Assembly (NCBI GenBank): GCA_002719295.1
Contig: PBHC01000005.1
Coordinates: forward strand, 81,597-145,596
Length of the DNA stretch: 64,000 nt
Direction: 5' to 3'
Origin: Chloroflexota bacterium
GTDB lineage: Bacteria; Chloroflexota; Dehalococcoidia; Lucifugimonadales; Lucifugimonadaceae
Below the pieces are notes generated by a model that did not search any database, was not told where the DNA came from, and worked only from the letters and a program-made list of their open reading frames with translations. Positions 58,603 to 64,000 of this stretch are shown here, piece by piece. Made by a program: the position numbers and the translations under genes. Position 1 is the stretch's first letter. The number at the start of each line of letters is the position of its first letter.

Positions 58603-59118
58603 TTACTCCTTTTCCTTTTTTATTATTTTTTTTTGAGGGAACATTTCCAACTGATCTTTTGCATTGATAATATTTTCAGTTTTCAATTTATCAATTTCAT
58701 CAACAAAGCTATCTTCATTTTGAAAGTCTCTATAGACGCTAGAAAATCTTATGTAGCTTACTTTGTCTATTTTGATCAATTCATTCAAAACCATTTGTCC
58801 GATTAAATTTGAGCTAATTTCGGATCCATGGTTTTGCAAAAGTGCAGTTTCAATATCTATAGCTATCTTTTCAATTTTTTCTATTGATATAGGTCTTTTT
58901 TTACAAGCAGTAGTTATACTTTTAGTTAGTTTTTCTACAGAAAAAGTCTCTTTTGTGTTACTTCTTTTTGTTACATTGAGAAGTTGAGTATGAACCTTTT
59001 CATATGTCGTGAATCTTAATGAACACATTAAACATTCACGTCTTCTTCTTATGCCGTCCTGAATATATCTGGAGTCAACAACTTTAGATTCTTGGTTATC
59101 ACAATAAGGACAATTCAT
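58603..59118 (-). CDS. nrdR: Transcriptional repressor NrdR
   Basis: CPYC...SKVVDSR....IRRRREC..C..RFTTYE zinc ribbon plus ATP cone (YIRF.SVYR.F). Confidence 0.97.
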   Translation of the reverse strand: MNCPYCDNQESKVVDSRYIQDGIRRRRECLMCSLRFTTYEKVHTQLLNVTKRSNTKETFSVEKLTKSITTACKKRPISIEKIEKIAIDIETALLQNHGSEISSNLIGQMVLNELIKIDKVSYIRFSSVYRDFQNEDSFVDEIDKLKTENIINAKDQLEMFPQKKIIKKEKE

Positions 59119-59172
59119 AGTTTGAAATTCAAATCAAAAAATTAGCTTTATAAAATAGATTAATTAAACTAT

Positions 59173-59220
59173 CTACTATTTGTAGTGCCTTTGTCAAGCT
59201 TAATGTACTACATATTGTGC
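59173..59220 (-). promoter_or_regulatory. Tandem NrdR boxes flanking a TTGACA -35 element
   Basis: Minus strand GCACAATATGTAGTAC (59220-59205) and GCACTACAAATAGTAG (59188-59173), 32 bp apart; TTGACA at 59197-59192. Confidence 0.85.
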
Positions 59221-59288
59221 CATGGAAAAAAAAAAGCAAAATTTGAACTGAAAAAAGATAATATAGAAAGGTTTTGTTTATAGTTTTC

Positions 59289-60371
59289 TTATTTTCTTAA
59301 AAATGGAGGAATGTCTAAATCATTTGAGTTATTAGACTGATTTGGTTTAGGCCTTTGTTGATTTGATTCTTGAGTGTTTGGTGATCTTTGCGGCCTTGAT
59401 TGTTGTGAAGGTTGATTTAATGAAGGAAAGCCTGTTCCTATTAATGTTATTCTCATCTCATTGTTAAGTCTTTCATCCGTCACAGTTCCAAAGATTATAT
59501 TTGCGTCAGGATCTACAACCGAAGAAATTGTTTGGGATGCTTGTTCTATTTCATTTATAGATAAGTCTGATCCTCCAGTAATGTTGAATAACACTCCCTT
59601 AGCGCCGTCAATAGTTTGCTCAAGTAGTGGTGATGAAAGGGCCATTTCCGCAGCTTCAATAGCTTTGTCTTCTCCTTTACCAGTACCAATAGCCATCCAT
59701 GCAGGACCTGCATTTTTCATGATTGTTGTAACATCTGCAAAGTCTAGATTTATTTCTCCAGGTGTAAGAATAAGTTCAGCAATTGATTGTACCCCTTGTC
59801 TTAAGACATCATCAGCTCTTCTAAAAGCCATATCCATAGATATGTTCGTATCAGAAGCTAAAAGAAGTCTATCGTTAGGAACAACAATTAGTGTGTCACA
59901 TTGTTCTTCTAAACGTGAAACACCTTCTTCTGCTTGCTTGGTTCTTTGAGATCCTTCAAAAGCGAAAGGTTTTGTAACAACACCCACAGTAAGGGCTCCA
60001 GCATCTTTAGCAACACTTGCAACTACAGGCGCTCCTCCTGTTCCAGTTCCACCACCCATTCCTGCAGCGATAAAAACCATATCTTGATTTTGAACTATCT
60101 CTAAAATATGATCTCGATCTTCTTCGTGACAAAGCCGTCCTTTTTCAGGATTTCCCCCGACGCCCATTCCTCTAGCCAATCTGTCGCCCACTCTTAGTTT
60201 GTTAGGGACATCAGAATTTGATAAAGCTTGTGCATCAGTATTTATAGTTGCGTACTCTATGTGAGAAATTTTATTTTTATACATTCTATTAACTGCATTG
60301 GATCCACCTCCGCCAACACCAATTACAGCTACTTTAGCTTGTCCTATATTTTGATCGCTCTCTTGTACCAA
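59289..60371 (-). CDS. ftsZ: Cell division protein FtsZ (ftsA-linked)
   Basis: [30 protein letters not shown]-rich linker and [13 protein letters not shown] start. Confidence 0.97.
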   Translation of the reverse strand: MVQESDQNIGQAKVAVIGVGGGGSNAVNRMYKNKISHIEYATINTDAQALSNSDVPNKLRVGDRLARGMGVGGNPEKGRLCHEEDRDHILEIVQNQDMVFIAAGMGGGTGTGGAPVVASVAKDAGALTVGVVTKPFAFEGSQRTKQAEEGVSRLEEQCDTLIVVPNDRLLLASDTNISMDMAFRRADDVLRQGVQSIAELILTPGEINLDFADVTTIMKNAGPAWMAIGTGKGEDKAIEAAEMALSSPLLEQTIDGAKGVLFNITGGSDLSINEIEQASQTISSVVDPDANIIFGTVTDERLNNEMRITLIGTGFPSLNQPSQQSRPQRSPNTQESNQQRPKPNQSNNSNDLDIPPFLRK

Positions 60372-60373
60372 AA

Positions 60374-61681
60374 CTATTTTCCTTTGAATATTGTTTTTAT
60401 TTTTTCTATTATCATTTTAACACTATTTTGGATATATGAACTAATTTTCATTATTTTCTGAGAATCAATAGTACTTATATTGCTAGAATTTTTTGCACTT
60501 TCGTATCTGTTAGAAAGAGAGTATTCTGTTTCATCGTCAATCTTGTGAGCGTAATTTCCCATCGCAAGTGCATTCATAGCTTCAATAGGGAGATTTTCGC
60601 CTAGGAATTTAATGCCTTTTGTATCTACTATTCTTGCTTTAGACTGAAAAATATATCTCGCTAGAGGAACCATTCCTTCAAGTTTGCTTCCTCCTCCAGA
60701 TAGTATAATTCTTTCTGGAAGATTTTCTTGACCTACTGTGTCAATTAATTCTTGCCTTATTAGGTTAAAAACTTCAATTGCTCTTTCTTTTAGGACCTGT
60801 GAAATCTGACGTTTTGTTATCTCAAATGTTTTTGTAGAGTCTTCCTGTTTTATGATTACTTTTTCAGCGATTCTTTCATTTTCTGGAGTACAACTAGTTT
60901 CAAATTTTAGCTGATTTGCAAAATCTTTATTTGTAGAAAACGCGATTGATAAATCTGATGTAAATTGATTACCTCCAACTGGCAATGAACCGGTCAAAAC
61001 AGGTTTTCCTTTTTTTGAGTAGCAATAATCTGTGCTTGCTGCACCTATATCTATAATAAGTGATCCTATTTCTTTTTCGTCAGAATTTAATAAGTATTGA
61101 GATGAAGCTATTGCCTCAGAAATCACAAGGTTAGTTGATAATCCACAATTAGAAATAATATTTTTGACTAATTCGATATCTTCTTTTTCTATATTCACGT
61201 ATAAATTGCTAACTGAAAGTTTTTTTGTATGCATACCTAATGGATGTCGAATCCCCACCATCCCATCTAAGCTATATTCTAATGGAATAATGTGAGCAGT
61301 GTTTTTGGTAATAAATGAATTTATTTTAGGATTATTTTTAGATAATAAATTTAGTTGATCTTGAGTAATTATTTGGCTTGAGTCTAGATTATCTATTGAG
61401 GATTCAATTATTGTTGAACTTACAGATGTTCCTCCAAAGGCTACATTACATTGAGAAATTTCATTGTCAACATTTCTAAAATCTCTTATCAAATTTTTGA
61501 TCTGATTTTCTACCATATCTGATGTTTCGGGTGTTATTTTTTCTCTGATAGGTTCAGCATAATTTTTTTCTGCATAAAAGAGTATATCGATGGAGTTATA
61601 TACTTTTTCAGTTAGTATTAATTTACAGGAATTTGAACCTATATCTAAAGATAAAATTTTACTCATATTAAATTCTTTCAA
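60374..61681 (-). CDS. ftsA: Cell division protein FtsA (divergent; start may be 61666)
   Basis: LDIGS, Y.LDG..GI..P.GM, L..DEKE.G..IIDIGA..T, PVGG...T.D and LSGGGSKL.G. Confidence 0.9.
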   Translation of the reverse strand: MKEFNMSKILSLDIGSNSCKLILTEKVYNSIDILFYAEKNYAEPIREKITPETSDMVENQIKNLIRDFRNVDNEISQCNVAFGGTSVSSTIIESSIDNLDSSQIITQDQLNLLSKNNPKINSFITKNTAHIIPLEYSLDGMVGIRHPLGMHTKKLSVSNLYVNIEKEDIELVKNIISNCGLSTNLVISEAIASSQYLLNSDEKEIGSLIIDIGAASTDYCYSKKGKPVLTGSLPVGGNQFTSDLSIAFSTNKDFANQLKFETSCTPENERIAEKVIIKQEDSTKTFEITKRQISQVLKERAIEVFNLIRQELIDTVGQENLPERIILSGGGSKLEGMVPLARYIFQSKARIVDTKGIKFLGENLPIEAMNALAMGNYAHKIDDETEYSLSNRYESAKNSSNISTIDSQKIMKISSYIQNSVKMIIEKIKTIFKGK

Positions 61682-62603
61682 CTACTCTTAATTTAGCGCT
61701 CCTGCTTCTCCTGTTAGAGTTTATTTCATTAGGAGAAGGGACTATTGGTTTCTTAGTTATAATTTTTATTTTTGGCGTATGCCCACAATCACATTCTGAT
61801 ACATTTGGAGTGCAAATACAATGTTTTGATTCTTTTCGGAAGAAATTTTTAACTATTCTGTCTTCAAGGGAATGGTAGGATATTACTGCAATTCTTCCAC
61901 CTATTCCAACAATTTCCAATGCTTGCTCTAGTGCATTTGACAAAGAGTTGAGTTCTTCATTTACGTATATCCTAAGAGCTTGAAAAGTTTTAGTAGAAGG
62001 ATTTATTTTATAATTTGTTTGCCGCAGATTGTTTTTTATTAAGTCAGATAATTGATCAGCGTCTTTTATTGGTCTGTTTTTAACTATAATTTTGGCGATT
62101 TTTCTAGATCTTCTTTCTTCTCCATAATTATATAAAATATCTGCAATTTCAGTCTCTGAAAAAGTGTTTAATACGTTTTCTGCAGTCAAGGTTTGATTGA
62201 GGGAAAACCTCATGTCTAAAGGAGCTTTTCTTCTAAATGAAAATCCTCTTGATTCTTTATCAAGTTGTAGTGAAGACACTCCTAAGTCAAAGAGTATTCC
62301 GTGGCAGGGTATAAATTGTGATTTCATTGAAACTTTTCGTAATTCTCTAAAATTATTATTTGAAAATAAAAATCTATCACCATATTTTTCTAGTCTATTT
62401 TTAGAAACCTCAATTGCCTCATGATCTGCATCTATTCCTAAAACTTCTCCTCCAGGGCTACTTGCCTCCAATATACTTTTTGTATGGCCTCCTTCACCTA
62501 ATGTACAATCAATATATCTTCCTCCAGATGTAACGTTTAAAAACTTTAATATTTCTGGAACCAGTACAGGCGTATGTTGTATTTCTAAATCACTCAAAAT
62601 CAA
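61668..62603 (-). CDS. rsmH: 16S rRNA m4C1402 methyltransferase (MraW)
   Basis: H.PVL, D.TLG.GGH, DLGVSS.QLD...RGFSF, PLDMR, FQALRI.VN.EL, SYHSLEDR and RSRSAKLR. Confidence 0.97.
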   Translation of the reverse strand: MILSDLEIQHTPVLVPEILKFLNVTSGGRYIDCTLGEGGHTKSILEASSPGGEVLGIDADHEAIEVSKNRLEKYGDRFLFSNNNFRELRKVSMKSQFIPCHGILFDLGVSSLQLDKESRGFSFRRKAPLDMRFSLNQTLTAENVLNTFSETEIADILYNYGEERRSRKIAKIIVKNRPIKDADQLSDLIKNNLRQTNYKINPSTKTFQALRIYVNEELNSLSNALEQALEIVGIGGRIAVISYHSLEDRIVKNFFRKESKHCICTPNVSECDCGHTPKIKIITKKPIVPSPNEINSNRRSRSAKLRVVERI

Positions 62604-62726
62604 ATTTTTGCCTTTATAATTTTTTTCTAAAGTTTTTATAAATGGATATCTATTTATATTTTCGCTTTTTGAAAAAAAAAATTCAATTGAGAGTAAATAC
62701 GGATTTAATTCATTTATAATTAAAAT

Positions 62727-63209
62727 ATGAAAAAATTTGTATCTATAACAGTTTCAGACACAAGATTTAATAATAAGAATATCTCTGATTTGAGTGGAGA
62801 TACGTTGACTGATATTCTTTGCCAATTAAATTTGGAATTATTTGAAAAAATAATAGTTCCTGACGAAGAAAATCACATTTCTGATGCTTTAAAAAGATTT
62901 ATATCTATGAAAGAAGTAGATCTAATCATAACTACAGGGGGGACTGGAATTTCTGAAAGAGATATTACTCCTGAAGTAACAAAGAAATTTATTGAAAAAA
63001 ACATCCCAGGAATTCCTGAGTTGATAAGAGCTTCAAGTTTTGAGAAAATAAATAGCTCAGCCTTATATAGAGGATATTGTGGAATAGTAAAAAACAAAAT
63101 CATTTTAAACTTGCCAGGAAGTCCTGGAGGTGTGAGAGATGGTTTGGATTTATTTAATAAAATTTTACCTCATATGTTTGAAATTTTAGATGGAAAACAG
63201 GGCCATTGA
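62727..63209 (+). CDS. MogA/MoaB molybdopterin adenylyltransferase family
   Basis: TVSD, D.SG, VPDE, TTGGTG..ERD.TPE and NLPGSP.G. Confidence 0.92.
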   Translation: MKKFVSITVSDTRFNNKNISDLSGDTLTDILCQLNLELFEKIIVPDEENHISDALKRFISMKEVDLIITTGGTGISERDITPEVTKKFIEKNIPGIPELIRASSFEKINSSALYRGYCGIVKNKIILNLPGSPGGVRDGLDLFNKILPHMFEILDGKQGH

Positions 63210-63210
63210 A

Positions 63211-63897
63211 ATGCACAGTATAGATATAGTAAGTCTTTTTCCAGAAATAATAACAAATTATATTGATTCGTCACCATTTAATAAGAATTTGCCTCCTGAT
63301 ATTGAAATAAAAACTCATCAACTTAGAGATTTTTCTAAAAATAAACATCAAAGAGTTGATGACACTCAATATGGTATTGAACCAGGAATGGTTCTAATGC
63401 CTGAGCCCTTAACAAATGCAGTAGATTTTATCCATAACTCAAGAAAGAAAAAGCCATACACTGTTTTACTATCTCCACAAGGAGAATTGATAAATCACTC
63501 AACCTTAGAAAACCTTTTTCAAAAAGAAAATTTACTTTTTATATGCGGTAGATATGAAGGTGTAGATGAAAGGTTTATTGAAGAAAACGTTGATTTAGAG
63601 ATTTCAGTTGGAGACTTTGTTCTTTCTGGAGGCGAACTTCCTTCTTTATTAATTGTTGAAGCTTTATCAAGATTTTCCCCCGGTTTTATGGGAAATAAAG
63701 ATTCTTTTGAAAATGATTCTTTTGGAAAAAATTTTCAATTAACACTTAAGGGACCTGTTTATACTAAACCACGTGAATTTAAAGGGAAAAAGGTTCCAGA
63801 AGTTCTTCTTTCCGGAGATCATAAAAAAATTTTAGAATGGCGAAAAAACATTTCTTTAGAAAGAACTCAAAAAAGAAGAAATGATTTAATAAACTGA
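63211..63897 (+). CDS. trmD: tRNA (guanine37-N1)-methyltransferase
   Basis: SLFPE, LSPQG, CGRYEGVDER, SVGDFVLSGGE, P.YT.P and VPEVLLSG.H; ATG 63211 preferred over 63190. Confidence 0.96.
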   Translation: MHSIDIVSLFPEIITNYIDSSPFNKNLPPDIEIKTHQLRDFSKNKHQRVDDTQYGIEPGMVLMPEPLTNAVDFIHNSRKKKPYTVLLSPQGELINHSTLENLFQKENLLFICGRYEGVDERFIEENVDLEISVGDFVLSGGELPSLLIVEALSRFSPGFMGNKDSFENDSFGKNFQLTLKGPVYTKPREFKGKKVPEVLLSGDHKKILEWRKNISLERTQKRRNDLIN

Positions 63898-64000
63898 ACT
63901 TAATTACTATATCTTTATAACACTTAAATGATATTATTAATTACTTCGTATTGTAAAAAAAGAAAACGTATTAAAAATGAACGAAGAAGATAAAAAATCC

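Noticed and set aside
59300..59420. Q/N/S/P-rich low-complexity stretch as a tandem repeat
   Set aside because: It is the normal disordered FtsZ C-terminal linker, not a DNA repeat.
63977..64000. ORF start MNEEDKKS at the window edge (rplS often follows trmD)
   Set aside because: Only 8 codons are visible, so it cannot be assigned.

Overview
AT-rich (roughly 30% GC by eye), gene-dense bacterial chromosome segment. The gene content and order point to a streamlined marine Chloroflexota (Dehalococcoidia/SAR202-like) genome; this is an inference from rsmH-ftsA-ftsZ-nrdR-nrdJ without mur genes, two ftsZ, HspR, PAC2, and several enolase/LLM/TPP/D-aminoacylase catabolic genes. It is mostly core genome: pyrR-pyrB-pyrC-carAB, modABC-pyrF, the F0F1 ATP synthase operon, hspR-grpE-dnaK, pyk, rnpB, umuDC, nrdRJ and trmD. 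I found no tRNA, rRNA, CRISPR array, prophage or intact IS. The least explained items are: (1) a promoter-driven, highly structured ~180-nt element at 13.0-13.2 kb with a strong SD, a micro-ORF, two mutually exclusive pairings and a 25-bp hairpin; (2) an ATP synthase with a ~130-aa His/Cys-containing insertion in subunit a and a truncated epsilon; (3) a large serine recombinase homologue without its catalytic motif, between a zinc-ribbon gene and rnpB; (4) a split or frameshifted CinA-like + nucleotidyltransferase pair before umuDC; (5) a 51-aa zinc-ribbon microprotein missing from the ORF track.
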